Assembly: GCA_964035545.1 (NCBI GenBank)
Contig: OZ037770.1
Coordinates: 15,118,642-15,182,641 of the forward strand
DNA from: Bugula neritina
Lineage: Eukaryota; Animalia; Bryozoa
Direction of reading: 5' to 3'
DNA: 64,000 bases
The notes under the pieces were generated by a model that worked only from the letters and a program-made list of their open reading frames with translations, had not been told where the DNA came from and ran no database searches. The position numbers and the translations under genes are program-made. Position 1 is the first letter of the stretch; each line of letters begins with the position of its first letter. Positions 26,331 through 45,420 of the stretch are shown piece after piece.

Positions 26331-29300
26331 TTAATATATAAACAGTAGACCACTAACTATTCCGCATATAACTACCCCACTGTAACCAATAGATGGATAT
26401 CCTAACATCTCCAGCATGTAACCTCCCATAGTAGGACTAACAGCTCTTATGATTGAGTTAGTAGCCATGCTTAGTCCAATCATAGTGCCTGTAACAAATG
26501 AACATCAATCAACAGACCAATACGCATGCTTGTAACAAAACAGATTACATGAACTTGTCACAATACAGTACCTGTGTCCCTAGATGCAACAGTCTTGGTA
26601 AGGGCGGCCCCAATAACCACCTGCATTGTAGTCATGCCAACAATCAGTGGAAATATGGCTACACAGAACTGGTATATGCCCGTCACTTGAGACTGTAAAA
26701 CACAGAGTAACAAAACTTACTATCAACATATATGCCTACACACTTACTATTTGCATATGCTTACACACTTACTATAAGCATATGCTTACACACTTACTAT
26801 TAGCAGATATGCTTACACACTACTATAAGCATATTCTTACACACTTACTATTAGCATATGCTTACACACTTACTATTAGCATATGCTTACACACTTACTA
26901 TTAGCATATGCTTACACACTTACTCTAAGCATATGCTTACACACTTACTATAAGCATATGCTTACACACTTACTATTAGCATATGCTTACACACTTACTA
27001 TTAGCAGATATGCATATAGACTTACTATTAGCATATGCATATAGACTTACTATAAGCATATGCATACACACTTACTATTAGCAGATATGCACACGTGGCT
27101 ATGGCTGTCCCGAATCTCATGAGAGACATGTCTGAATACTTTTTAGTGAGAACACCGACTCCAATTCCCTGTACCAGCTGAAACGTGAATTATATTATTC
27201 GAAGGTATATTATTGTACAGTGTGTACTTATGTTTATATACTATGGTTATATTACACATAATATTATATATTAGATTATAATATTTATTACGTTAATAAT
27301 TAAATATTACAGTAGAAATAAATGACAAGTAAATTAAACACCAATTTACACAGCATCATGCTATACACTGATATTGCAAAAAAATTTGGTGTGTAAAATA
27401 CAAATAAGCTATAATAAATGAGTCAACATTTTCCAGGAGTTGTGTGCACAACACTATCCTCCACCACACCCACTACACCTATTTACAATGGTCGTATTTA
27501 CTGTGCATTGGACCAGGAGTTGTGCTCTCTATTTAAATGGATGACTCACCATAGTGACGATTCCAATATACGACATGACAAAACCATTATAATTAGCAGG
27601 AAGTTCAAACTGATCCATGGCTACTCTGGAGAAAACACTTTGCAACACACCAATAGGAATACCTGTAACAGATGTTACACCAATAGCAATAGCTGTAACA
27701 AATGTTATACCAATAGGAATACTTGTAACAAATGTTACACCAATAGGAATACTTGTAACAAATGTAACACCAATAGGAATACTTGTAACAAATGTCTTGA
27801 AAATAACTATAGATACAATTCATTAGAATGTACAAAAGTTGCAAAAAACTATACATATAATATGATAAAACTAAAATTTTTATCAATAACATATTCAAAT
27901 GTACTTAATTTTTGCTCACAGCGATAGAAAACCTTTTGTTTTAAATTTGCCACCCAAGAATGTGCTTTGCCTATATAAAACATATGACACAGGGCACATT
28001 TATACTTGAAAAACAAATGAATAAACTTGTATATTGATTGTAATAACGCATTGTACAGAAATCCTAATGAGTTAGAATTGGATATTGCCTTTCTACTTTA
28101 AGCTATACGACTACAATCTGCACACAGCTCTACATTCTGATTTACTTTCTATAATACCAACACCCTGTAACCAAGATTTATATCACATGTAAATTTATTT
28201 CTATAGCATTTCATCTTACACACCCCTGCTGTGACACAACTTCTACACCCCTACTATTACATAACTTCTACACTCCTCTTGCTACATAAATTTTATACGC
28301 CTGCTGTTTGAATCTTATATTTATAAGAAAACTAAACATAATAGAAGGTTACATAAGCTGAATGTTATTATCTAATACAATGGATATTATATAATAACTA
28401 TCATTAAACTGCCCCATACAACAGAAATATTCATACCAACTACAATCTTCACTGCCATCAGGAAAGCTGCTCCTTTGCAGGCCAAAACTTTGGTAATTTC
28501 TGAGATACTGAATACATTTGCTACATTTTGATCTACAAATAAATACATCTAAACTATAAAAAATCCAACAAGTTGGTAAATTACTGGTAGAAAATAGTAG
28601 TAGAAAATAACAGTGCAGCAATACTAGTGGAAAATAGCATTAAAAATATTGATACAAAATAGTATTAAAAACTTCAAGTCAAACTGCCAATACAGAAAAT
28701 AGCTATACTGGAGTTATGAGAACAATCCAGTGTGAATTCCTTGACTAGGAGTTGTCCCACTACTCTTGTAGTGGTGACCTACCTTCAGCCTTGACATGTT
28801 TCACATGTTTAGGAACAAAGTAGAGAGTTATGAAGATGCTAACAAGAGATCCAGTTGCTGCTGTCAGGGCGGCAGCCTCCTCTCTACAGGCAGCAAACAA
28901 TAAACAGGAAATTCCAACAATTTGTTTAAAAATGCAACTTTTAACCAATTAAATTCAAACATAGCCAATTGACGTACCCGAATGTTTTGGTTATCTGTCC
29001 ACCCACAGTTGGCCCTATGACCATCCCGATACCGTAGAACAGACCCAGTTTACCAAGAGCATCTGCCCGTCTCTCCACCGGGACTAGATCTGTGATAACC
29101 ATCTGACTACCTGACAGTATATAGTAACACATAGATATAGTAACACATAGATATAGCAAGCTAGCATGCTAATACATATAGTGTAGAGTGCTATAGCCTA
29201 GTATGCTAGTACATACTGTATAATGCTATAGCTCAGTATGCTAGTATAAACTGTAGAGTGCTATAGTGAATGAATAACTAAACTTCCTACTGTGAACAGA

Positions 29301-30492
29301 GCACAAACCTTGCATGCAGGCCAGGAAAATAGACAGAAATCTGGAGAAGAACAACATGGGTACGCTAGTAGCCAGTCCCAACATGGCGTAGGTCAGCACA
29401 CCGCTGCCGAAGGCTATACTCAGAGCTGCTCTTGCTCCAAACAAGTCACCAAACCTGACAGATTCAACACAACATCTCAGTTTGACTCAGTATGACTAAG
29501 CATGAGTGAGTGTGACTGAGTGTGAGTTTCTAACTAAAGTTGCTAAGTTTCCTTTGGTAGCAGAAATGAGAGTTTATATTCTAAACATTTAAAACAATAT
29601 ACATTTAAACTTCTACCAAAACAAAAAAAAATCCTTCCCATATAAACAAGAAAATATAATACAAAATAAATGATATTATTTTGTTATATAAAAGCTAACC
29701 TGCCAAAAACAGGTCCCCCAGCTAGCTGCGCCACTGCAAATGCTGTTTGAAGATATCCATAAGTGATCGTATCCACTCCTAGCTTCTTACTCATATACTA
29801 CAGTGTGACACACAGCAATGCGTGACTCATATACTACAGTGTGACACACAGCAATGTGTGACTCATATACTACAGTGTGATACACAGCAATGTGTGACTC
29901 ATATACTACAGTGTGATACACAGCAATGTGTGACTCACATACTACAGTGTGACACACAGCAATGTGTAAAGTAAACTTCTTCCAACTAGACTATGAGATG
30001 TCCATGCATTGTGCACATATGTGCTTGATGTCTAAAAACTACTAAATACATTATAGTTAGTGAACATGAATTGTAGTGAAAGTGTTGTAATGAATTGACT
30101 CACAGGGAAACAAGATTGCTGTATCCAGAAGCATGAAGCGTATAGGACAATGTTGAACTGGACGACTTTGATTACAAACCCGGGCTTGAATTCTTCTATT
30201 TTTGAATTCGAGGAACGATCTTTGTCATCTATGGGAAATGAATATTTACTACTCAACACCAATCAAGGGTAAAAAATTGCAAGACACCTATATGATATGT
30301 CCTGGGTTATAACAAGAAATATTTTTCCATTGAGAATTATATAATTTATCACATCGGTATGACTATAAATGTATTTAAAAATTCTAAGTTTGCACATTTA
30401 TCAAAGTTATTCAGATAAACAATACCAGGCATTAGTTATTAAGTCAAGGGATCATTTAAACATTAAATCGCTGACTCACCAAAGGCACTCAT
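26331..30492 (-). CDS. SLC22A18: MFS transporter, solute carrier family 22 member 18-like
   Basis: Spliced exons give 'YMSKKLGVDTITYGYLQTAFAVAQLAGGPVFGRFGDLFGARAAL', 'ERRADALGKLGLFYGIGMVIGP' and 'GTMIGLSMATNSIIRAVSPTMGG', resembling SLC22A18. The start codon at 30492 is tentative; the stop is at 26331. Confidence 0.85.
26716..27090 (-). repeat. ~25-bp array copying the SLC22A18-like donor junction (GCATATGCTAATA|gtaagtgtg), ~14 copies
   Basis: The true exon end is ...GCATATCTGCTAATA|gtaagt at 27076; the units repeat it downstream. Confidence 0.9.
27647..27794 (-). repeat. 30-bp array copying an SLC22A18-like acceptor junction (tgttacag|GTATTCCTATTGGTGT), 5 copies
   Basis: The true exon starts at 27662; upstream copies read ttacaagtattcctattggtgt. 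Confidence 0.85.
29789..29967 (-). repeat. 36-bp array copying an SLC22A18-like acceptor junction (cacactgtag|TATATGAGT), 5 copies
   Basis: Units start at 29789, 29825, 29861, 29897 and 29933; the true exon starts at 29797. Confidence 0.92.
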
Positions 30493-31595
30493 GTTATTTA
30501 TAGGTTGCTAAATGCTTTAGCAGCCGCACAGGTTCTAACTTGGGTTTGTCTAACCTGAAAAAAAACTTAAAAAGTAGCAAAGACCTCAATTTGTTTTTAT
30601 ATGGATAACACATGGCTATAAAGTATAAACTTGAAGAATAAAAATGGACATTTATGTAATTAGAATATAAATGTTAAATACCAGGGAATGTTGTGACACT
30701 GACTTGGCAATCTGACTGAAAATGTCAAATTCAAATTCAAATCAAAACGCTAAACTGAAATTTAAATGCAAGTTGATGTACAGCTAAAAGCAATACAACA
30801 TCAACATGAATAGCTAATGCTTTACTGACATTCATTGTTCACAGCGTGCCCACAGTGGCAGCCACACTTCCAGTGTGACTGCCACTGCTAGTATCATAAT
30901 TTAAAAAGTGTTGTGGCACTAATTCAAACTGTTACTGTCAACTCTGGGTAAGGCTAAGCCTAAGACTTAAGAGCAAGAACAATAATAACAGTAAGGCAAA
31001 GCCACACTCACACTGAGTCAGTAACTGAGTGTGACTGCTAGTGCTTGGGCCTTAGGCTGATGTCACTCACTCACTTACAGTCACACTCACTGAGTCAGTC
31101 AGTCACTCCCACTGTCTATCTATTACGATCACTATCAGTATCACTATCAGTATCAGTATGACTATGAGTATGAGCATCAGTATGACTATGAGTATGAGTA
31201 TCAGTATGACTATGAGTATGAGTATCAGTATGACTATGAGTATGACATTCACATTGACAATTGAGTTTGACATGATGACAGACATGGCAGTGGCTCAGGA
31301 GACACTCAATTTCAATTTGTGTGTGGAAATTTATCTCATCATTATAATAGATAATAAATGTTATCATGAACATCTTAGTTTAATTATTATACAACAACTA
31401 AATAAATAAGAATAAGCATTCTAAAATGTAGTAATAGTAGTAGTAGTAATAATAACTTTAAGTATATAATAAAATTTGTTATAATAACTTCAACGTATAG
31501 AAAAAAGTAAAAAAAAGACTAGATAGGCGTGCTAAAATTTGTTTGACCAATGAAATTAGTAGTATATAGATCCAACACTATAGCTTTACTAATTT

Positions 31596-36284
<4,689 letters not shown>

Positions 36285-38003
36285 GGATGTTAGGCTACGT
36301 TTTGGCTACCAGAGTTATTATCTCCTGACCATGTTATACACATAATAATTTATTCAGAGTACTTTTGGTGTCTGTGCATGCTTTCAATGCTTATTGCGTA
36401 GATGTATGTGAGTTCAGTGCCAATTTCAGAAGAAATCTCTCGTACAATAGATTCTTATGATTATTTTTACATAACAGCTCATTGAATCTTTAAAATAAAA
36501 GAAATATCATGTTTATTATACCAGCAGATTATCAGATATTGTTTGGGCAGATTTGTTCTAAATGAATGCTAATACATGTAATATGCAGCACAATAAAACT
36601 CACAGGAACCTATATATGATCAATATACACATAACCCACAAGTTCGACCATTACTTACATGATTAATTACTAACTGATGATCAATTGAAAGCAAACTTGC
36701 CATTATATGATTAGTGCTTCTTTTTATGTTTTATCTGATTAGCTGCAGTTCAGTCAATAGTATTCATCATTGAAACCAATCTTGTTTATATAGAGATATC
36801 TAATGATATCGACTTAAATGAAGTGTTTAAATATGATTTAGCAGGAGTTGTCTTTTCAACCGGTACAGAGCACGCCGAGTTTTCTAGCTTGGTATATTAT
36901 TGAGATTAACTATGGATTAAAATACATTGAATGATGTGTTGACAAACAAGCATTCTTTGCAACTGCAATGAACCATAATTGTGTAATCACAATTGATAAT
37001 AATGTTAATCAGCAAAACCAAGTGCATTGTATTAATGTTATAATTTAACTTCAGTTATGCACAGTTATACTGCTGCCTTTACTTTTACTTTTAGTATTAC
37101 TATTAGATTTAGTGTAGCATTTTCATTTTCATTTTGATTTAATTTTAATTTTGTACTCCTAGTCCTACTATTACTATTGCCATTGGTATTATTGATTTTA
37201 TTATTTATTATTATTGTCTATTGATGTTTAATTTTATCCTCATTTGATATTAATATTGTGTTTTACATTTATTAAAATTTATATTATAAAAAATATTAGG
37301 ATTATAATATTAATAATTATAATAATTAAGATTATCATAGTCACAGTGATCCTAATACTAATAGTAATACAATAGTAATACTAATACTCATTCTGATAGT
37401 CCCATATTGATATTCATATCGATTATTATCAATGTTTTAATATTGATAATCATCATTGTAATTAATAATGCTCATGGTCATGCTGACTACCATTGGATTA
37501 GGATATGGTGATTGGCTTTTCAATTATTGTAATTGTTATACTTATAAGTGATAATTAATGTTCCACTCATAGTCATTGTGATTGTATTTAAGTTCCCAGT
37601 TTCAATTATTACAATGATAATTGAATTTGACAGAATGGTTACATCCTACTTTAATGTTGCAATTAGCTCATACAGTCATAGTCAATACGCACATGAATTG
37701 TTAATAGATGTAGATAAATCTGCTAATTCAGCTTTTTGATTATGACTGCCGCTATTGAATGTCAATGCCGCCAATTAAATGGAATTGAACTCAAATCAAG
37801 TGTTGACATATCTTAATATATACTAGTAATATTTATGATTTTTAGACTCATAATCATTAATCACTAAATGTTAATGCTTAATCGCAAAACGTAGCAATGG
37901 TTTCATTGTTTTGGCAAACTCTGTTCTGATTCAGAGAGGTCTTGCTTTGTCGCTTTAAATAAATAAATGCAGCTTTCATTTTTAGAATGAGTTGTGCCCC
38001 CTG

Positions 38004-40332
38004 ATGGATGCTGCTGTCGGAGGTCAGGAGACTATAAGCAAAAAGCGATGTTGCCTCATTCTTCTTATACTCACCTGTGTGGTCATCGTCAACATGTACG
38101 CATTCGCTGTCAACCATCATCAGTCATTTCTTCAGGTGGATGAATCTCATGTAGCAAGAAATGTTGGAATCAATCAAAACAACAATATTACTCAGCGTCT
38201 GAAAATTAGAGCAGACTACATCAGAGAAAAATGTCATTCTCTTCAGCAGAGAATCGGACAGGTATTGTTTGTAATCTAGCTCACAGTCTAAGGTTTTACC
38301 TGCCGTATAACTGCTCTATCTTATGATACAACTTATTAGTAAAATGTTCAAGTACACATTTTCAAGTGCGAAGGACTTAAACATGTACACTTGTCTAGAC
38401 ATGTCCTAGACTTCTTTTACTCTTCAGGTCTATATTCAATGTACAAAGGTTATGTGTGTTAGTCTGAGAGAAAACTGTAGTTACAAAGGTTATGTGTGTC
38501 GGTCTGAGAGAAAACTGCAGTGTTTGTGTGTTGGAATTTTTTTGTAGCATGTAATAGTGTTAACACCTCATTTTTGCTGCCAGTATTATATAATATTTCT
38601 AGTTCTTCTCTTTGAATTTCGTCTCAGCTGTTAGTAATAAAGAAGTTGTCTGCTTTGACACTAACTCTTGTTCATTCTGTAGGATGAGAAATTGATGCAA
38701 AACAACAAATTATATATAGAACATTACGAACCTCAAAGACGACTTATCATAGACCCAGCTCTAAAGATAGCTGTCTGCATTCAAGCTAAAGGTGCTCGAC
38801 TATTTCTAACTACCAAACATATTTTTTCTCTGGTATTTGCTACGATTGTGTTACAAATAATTTGATTGGCCGTTGGTTATGTAGATAAGCCAATAAGACT
38901 ACTCGATACTTGCAGGCGGGAGTGTCTTCTGGAAAACTTTCTTTATTCACAGAACTGTTTCAAATAGTCGAGAGGTGCAGTTCAACTCAAGCGTAACGAA
39001 TACTCAAGGAATCGGATTCATCTCCACTTCTTCTTACAAGCCACAGGTATGTGCTACTCAATAACTTGGAATTGTCCGCTTTTGTTATTTAATATTCAAC
39101 TCTGTCAGAGAAAAGTTTTAACTGTTTCTGATATATCTGGCTTAGTAAAACTTTTGAAATCTTATTGGAAACTCGTCTGTTGCTTGTAATCAGCAAAAAG
39201 AATTCTTATTAAGAAGTGCAGCAGGGTTTTCTTGGAGCTGCTGGGCTTGTTTTGATAAGATTTTTTAGTTGAAAGTAGAGAAGACAACTTCATTATTTAG
39301 TTCATGAAAGTGTTCATCTGTTTGAACATGTTTAAACTTGAAGCTCTTGATTTAGACTGAGAGCCAATAGTAACTAGGAGAGCGGGGTGCCCCCCCCCCT
39401 CCGGTGTGCAGTAAATGCGTTCTCAATCCTCAGTTTTTTTGTCTGATGAAAAGTTTGAAGATATTCATTCCAACTACACTTTAGAAAATGTAAATTCCTT
39501 GCAGTTGTCCAGTTTAGCCTCGGATCAGTACATGATGTTCACGTTTGGAAGGAACCCCTGGAACCGTCTCGTTAGTCTGTACAGACAGAAGATCGAGGGT
39601 CGTCTGCCCACAGATTCTTCGTACAAGTATGTGAGAGGTGCCTGTCTAGGGTGAGTATTGTATCTGCACACTCGCATGTTCAATATATTGCTTTACTTTT
39701 AAACTATTGCCTGTATAGTGTAAGTTACTGATAGAATAGGTTACTGTGATAGAGTAAGTTACTGTGATAAAGTAAGTTACTGTAATAGAGTAAGTTACTG
39801 TGATAAAGTAAGTTACTGTGAGGTGATAGAGTAAGTTACTGTGATAAGTAAGTACTCACTATATACAGGAAGCCCTGCGGTACGTTCCACCAGCTACTGC
39901 GCTGCGTCTTGTACACGTGGAAACTGGGACTACCAGACAGACATTGGGAGCCCCTCTCTACCAGATGTGATATCTGTAGGATACCTTACACTTACTTCGG
40001 TAAGCTTGTTATTGCTGTGGGACACTCGTAACAAAACTTAGTCATGGTTTAGCTGTTGCCCTCGTATTGAGATTGTATTTGTTTCAACAGGTCGCACTGA
40101 GAATATGAACGAAGAGGTGGCTGAGATATTTAGACAGGCAGGCATTGAAGGCAACATAGCTTCAGTTCTAGATTCAGCGAGGAACTTTTCTATACGGGAT
40201 GTGGAAGTGAAGTCATCGAAAGTCGACTATAAGGAGTATTACCGGAATATTCCAAAGTTTGTTCTAAATGATTTGAGAGAAATGTACATGGCTGATTTAA
40301 CTCTGTTTGGCTACCCACTTTCTCCATTGTAA
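38004..40332 (+). CDS. Carbohydrate sulfotransferase (CHST8-14 / Sulfotransfer_2 family), type II Golgi membrane protein
   Basis: N-terminal TM segment; 5'-PSB 'CIQAKGGSVFWK'; 3'-PB 'RNPWNRLVSLYRQK'; 'DRHWEP...CDIC'; C-terminal 'MYMADLTLFGY'. Confidence 0.88.
39712..39852. repeat. 18-bp intronic repeat (agagtaagttactgtgat)n; each unit contains GTAAGT
   Basis: Read directly, just upstream of the acceptor at ~39868. Confidence 0.85.
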
Positions 40333-41701
40333 CTCTGTATTTAGGTGTCCTTCACCTTAGTAGAGGACCTCTGTGGACAACAGGGCTCTATACTAATGGT
40401 GGGGTGGCCTGAGGTAGTGTACCCAAAGTCTGTGTAACCTCTACTTTACTGTGCAGTAGTGTTTAGTACAGCGTGTTGTGTACACTGAGACACCATAGAA
40501 TCCCTTCAGAGTTTATACTATGTTGGTCGTGATGTCATATTGTCTAATACCGTCTAGTGCTACTTTTGTAGCTGCACACTTATCAACTTTTGGCAATCTA
40601 AAATTTACTTTTCTGAAGCTTTAAAAGTGAAGCTTGTTGTCACTCATATTTTATCCTCGTTTTGGTGCTCACAACTCACACAAGTCTGTTGTTTTATTTC
40701 AATATTGAAATTTTTGATTTTTTTCCATATTTTTCTGTGTTTTTTTTCAGTTATATCTTAATACTTATATTTTGGAATATTTTATTGTAAATTTAGCTGT
40801 ACTGGCAACAATCATAGCTGAATGATTTGATATTAATGTGCAGACTTTCCATAGTTTACTATGCATGAGATAGGCAGGGCTAGAAAGGTGTTCATTCACA
40901 ATAAAGTTTACACTGCTCTTGATACGTCCAATATATAATGTGCTCACTTCCACTGATTCTGTGACCATGTTCAATAAATTAAGTCGAAACTCATTCAAAT
41001 TCAAATGTGTCAAGTCAGACATTGTGATAAATGTTAGATTTAGACTCTGTGTATCCCGTTATTGCAATGATCTGTCCAATGATTCGCTTGAATTGAATAC
41101 CTTTTATCTACACAATATAATACATTAATTTTATCTATCATAAGGACCCATTCAGCTTTAAAAAGATAAAGCGAGAGAGTAGTATGAATGAAATCGTTCA
41201 AATGTATTAGAGCTGGTTGCCTTACTATTCAATGATCTGTAAGGGAAATTTTGGGAGATCATGTTTCTATACATTCACAAGTCACCTCTCAAAAAGTGCT
41301 CAAAAAATTAACTTATTACACTTTACTGAGTGGCCACTCAAAAAAAGTTGTTCCTATATCAACATTTTGGGCTGATTCTAAATTTACAAACTCTAGAATT
41401 CTATCTTTACCCTAACTTAAGTTATTACAAAAACAAATCCACATCTTGGATGGGTAATAAAAATAAACTCAGATCGTGCAAAATAGCATCCACTAATAAC
41501 TTATAGCTGTTCATAAACAAGAATATTTTTGTGAGAAACTAAAATTGGTTGTTTATTTTTTAATATTCTACACTGATCTGAAATCTATAGATTGTAAAAC
41601 ATTATTTTTATTCAAAGCCAAGTTGTCAATAGAAACACAAGTTTGCTATATGAATTACACAGCACTTTTAGCAGGAGCATATATAATAAGTATATGAAAG
41701 A

Positions 41702-41945
<244 letters not shown>

Positions 41946-44104
41946 GCTTATTTACAAACTTTTCTATTTAAGTAGTTGCTGTTGCAACTTAAAGTATACT
42001 TTTCAAGCTGTTCAAAGCTTTCAGCACATTTTGAATGTCTTTTCTATAAGGAGTAAATTGGTCACTTTCTTTTTCCATAAAAGTGCTAATCAAATCCCAA
42101 CCTGGTAGAGCATGAAAGCCAGGAAGTGCTGCACTGCACATAACTCATGCATATCCAAGTTAATTTGCAGCAAAATTGACATCTAAATATCTCATATATG
42201 ATTAGCATGTTCTGCGAATGAATATAAATTTTCAAATGGTAATATATTGCAAATAATGTGACTTTATTTTTATACATTTGATTGAGAGAAAATTCTTCAG
42301 AACATATTTTGCATGTAGGATCATGCCTGTAAACATGTGTCTTATCACACTATACTTTGGCTTTCTTATGAACTCTGCCATGTTTTGAAAGTTCTAGCTA
42401 AATGTAGTTTTCCTCAAACCCAACAGCTATGAAAATATCTCTCTATAGCCGTTTTTCACCCTATGTTTTTCCCAAAAAAATACACCATAATTTTTCTTGT
42501 TGCTAATTGCCAGAAAATTGCAAACATCGACTTGAAATTTTTCATTTGAACCAAAAACAGGTGTTCCATGACCACATAGCATAGCATGTCTTGATCTTTC
42601 CATATTCTAAAAACTGGTTTCTAGATTGGTCACAGAGAAAATCTATCCTGTATGAAGAATAAGAATGGGCTTTTACAATAATTTCTGTAAAAAATGTATC
42701 AGCATGCAAACCAAATGTAGGAACAGCTTTCACTTTTTGAAGCTTTGCCATTTCATTAAAAATACTAGTAGGCTTTTAGGCAGGAGAATGTGTGAAGCAT
42801 AGCAGTCTGCAGTCATGAAATTTTTTTTCAATAGATTTTACGGGAGCACATATATAAGTCCATAAGAATCTTATACGTAATATAAAATTATCAGAACCAG
42901 ATTCTAAAATGATCTGCTAGTACAGAGTGATTTTTTTAGAATTGGAAGTGGGTAATCATGATGCGAGCCATTTTTATCATAAATTGACTAGTTATAATAG
43001 CAGTGCTTATATGTGTTTGGCGAGGAAATTTTCATTGGACTTGTATTTTTATTGCTATCATCTAAGCTTCTTCCATACTTTCTAATGTGATAGCAAAAAT
43101 GTTGCCTAAAATTGCATGGAGAGAGATATTTTTATAACGGCAACACATGCTTAGGTAACCATTAGCTTAAATTTGTTAGTTCTGTGACAATTAACCTGCT
43201 CAGACTTAGGGTGATACCTGGTGTTAGTTTTTCTGGTTTACCCAATTAGTCTAAATTCTAAAACAGATTGTCCTAGTTTTCTAGTAAGAAATTATTCTCT
43301 TTTGTGACACATGACACACATAAAAAAAGTACTTGCCCATGATCTTTGAATGAGGCACTACCAGATCTTTTTTCTATAATGGCTGGCTTAAACATAATTA
43401 TATTATAATATATTTTCAATTATAACAAAGCTTTAGGGTATTTCCTTTATAAATATAACTGAGCTAAATGAATTTTAATTCAGAAGTCATCATTAAAATA
43501 ATAAAAAAGTTATGCATTTTAACCAACAACATTGTTTTAAAAACATTGCTTATATATAATATATCGTTCAGTTTAAATTTGTTGGTAGAGCTTAATTGTA
43601 CAATTATCTAAAACATTCTCTAGAGTCCAGACTAACCTGCTCATGCTTCTCATTACTTTTCTTGTAAAATTAGTTACAATATTTAAAATCATTAGCTTTA
43701 ATAATTTCAAGATATTTTACCAATTTATACAGAGTTAGGTGAAAACAACTTCTCCGAAAGTTTGAAGAAGTTTTGTGACTAATTGAGTAGACAAAACAGT
43801 CTAGAGTTTCTACAAAAAAGTGAGAAACGCATTGTCTGCAAACTTTTTTTACATATATATATATAGATTAAATTAGTTTTAATAATTCTAAGATATTAAA
43901 CCGATTTAGACAAGATTTAGGGGAAGACAACTCCTAATTTATTTTAATAGTTTGAGGAGCTTTAGTGGCTAACTGGGTACACAGAACAGTCTAGAGTTTT
44001 CACAGATTATTAAGCACCCATAAGACTCTCAATTTTTAAAAAAATTGTGTAGCGGCCGTTTATATGTTATAGTGTTGATGCTGTAGTGGTGTGTTTACCC
44101 AGTA

Positions 44105-44176
44105 GCCTCCGTGGTGTAATGGTTAGCACACTTGCTTGCAAGCCAGAGGACTGGGGTTCGATTCCCAGTGGTGGCA
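44105..44176 (+). mobile_element. tRNA-derived repeat (SINE head or tRNA pseudogene), copy 1
   Basis: 72-nt cloverleaf spacing with A box TGGTGTAATGG and B box GGTTCGATTCC. The nominal anticodon is GCA, but the anticodon and T stems are mispaired. Followed by attatttt. Confidence 0.7.
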
Positions 44177-44330
44177 ATTATTTTACAAGCTATTTCAGCC
44201 TTTAGTGAAGTGTAGTAGTAGTACTTGGTGGGAGTTGAGTGGCTAGGAGAGCCTGAAGACTGAAGGAGTAGTAGATAGGCCAGTGGAGTTCAGAGAACTG
44301 GGTAAGATGTAGCGTTGAGTTTACCCAGTG

Positions 44331-44402
44331 GTCCCCGTGGTGTAATTGTTAGCACACTTGCTTGCAAGCCAGAGGACTCGGGTTCGATTCCCAGTGGTGG
44401 CA
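44331..44402 (+). mobile_element. tRNA-derived repeat, copy 2 (226 bp after copy 1)
   Basis: Nearly identical to 44105-44176, with the same upstream ttacccagt flank. Confidence 0.7.
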
Positions 44403-45420
44403 ATTATTTTACAGATGGTACTTTATTGGAACCGTAAGTCTCGACTGATGCCTTAAGGCAACGTGAAAACTATAATAGTAATGTATAAAACAACATTTTA
44501 GTAAAAATATGCAAAGATGTTGTATAATAAGTCACCAAGTTATTGTCGAACAATTAAGATTTCATATTATATTAAAATGTAAAGATATGAGTAATTATTA
44601 AGAATAACTGTAGGCCTATTACCTGATTGGCTCTACTAGTTCTATAAAACAGCTGCACCATGGCTAGGCCAAGTCTAGAACAAAGCATGATGTGCAGCTT
44701 ACAAGTTTTTATACGGCTAGTTAAAAACTGATTAGTTTACAAGATGTGTAGGCTAACATAACACAGTTCAAAACAGGGGCTAATGCTATGGAAAACAAAT
44801 ATGACTAAAAGTTAATGAGAATAAGGTTGACAAGTTAAGTATAAGTAGTTTGTGGATGCATTTTCAATACTTGGGTTTTTATTTATTTGCACTAACAGAA
44901 TGTGTTGCAAAAGGGCCATGCTGGCCACCCCTCGGAGTGTAATGAGTGAAAGGTTACTTCTAGAGTAAATAGTTTACTTTGAGATTCACCAGGGGCTAGG
45001 CTATTGTTTATGAATATTTTGTGTGCAACGAAGCATTACACAAGGTGCATTTAGTTCCTTTGTCACCACAACATACATTCAAAGAGGCGTGCTGTTGCTG
45101 ACGTGCATTGTTCATGGGTGTGATCCACAACAGTGCTTCACAACAACTTCATTGATTCTACATCAAACTGTGGTGTACTCCTGTAGATTATTCAAGCTGA
45201 GATTTGTAAGTAGAATATTATATTCCAGTAACTGTCAACTGTATGGATATATTTTCTTAGAGGAGGTAAATAAAATATGCATAACTATAGTAGACCATGT
45301 GTTATTAGTTTTAGCCTTAGTTTGAGGCCTCTCTATGTTGACAACCATGTACAAATTCTCTCTGAAAGCCCTTTATTTGTAAAATCAATATTTCCATTTA
45401 GGTGTATGTTAGCTGACAAC

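Noticed and set aside
41980-44000. Possible DNA transposon remnants in the intergenic AT-rich block
   Set aside because: I could not identify TIRs, TSDs or transposase motifs by eye; a RepeatModeler/Dfam search is needed.
44105-44402. Functional tRNA-Cys(GCA) or tRNA-Ala(TGC) genes
   Set aside because: The anticodon and T stems are mispaired, the sequence is unlike canonical eukaryotic tRNA-Cys/Ala, and the copies diverge while sharing flanks. Treated as tRNA-derived repeats.
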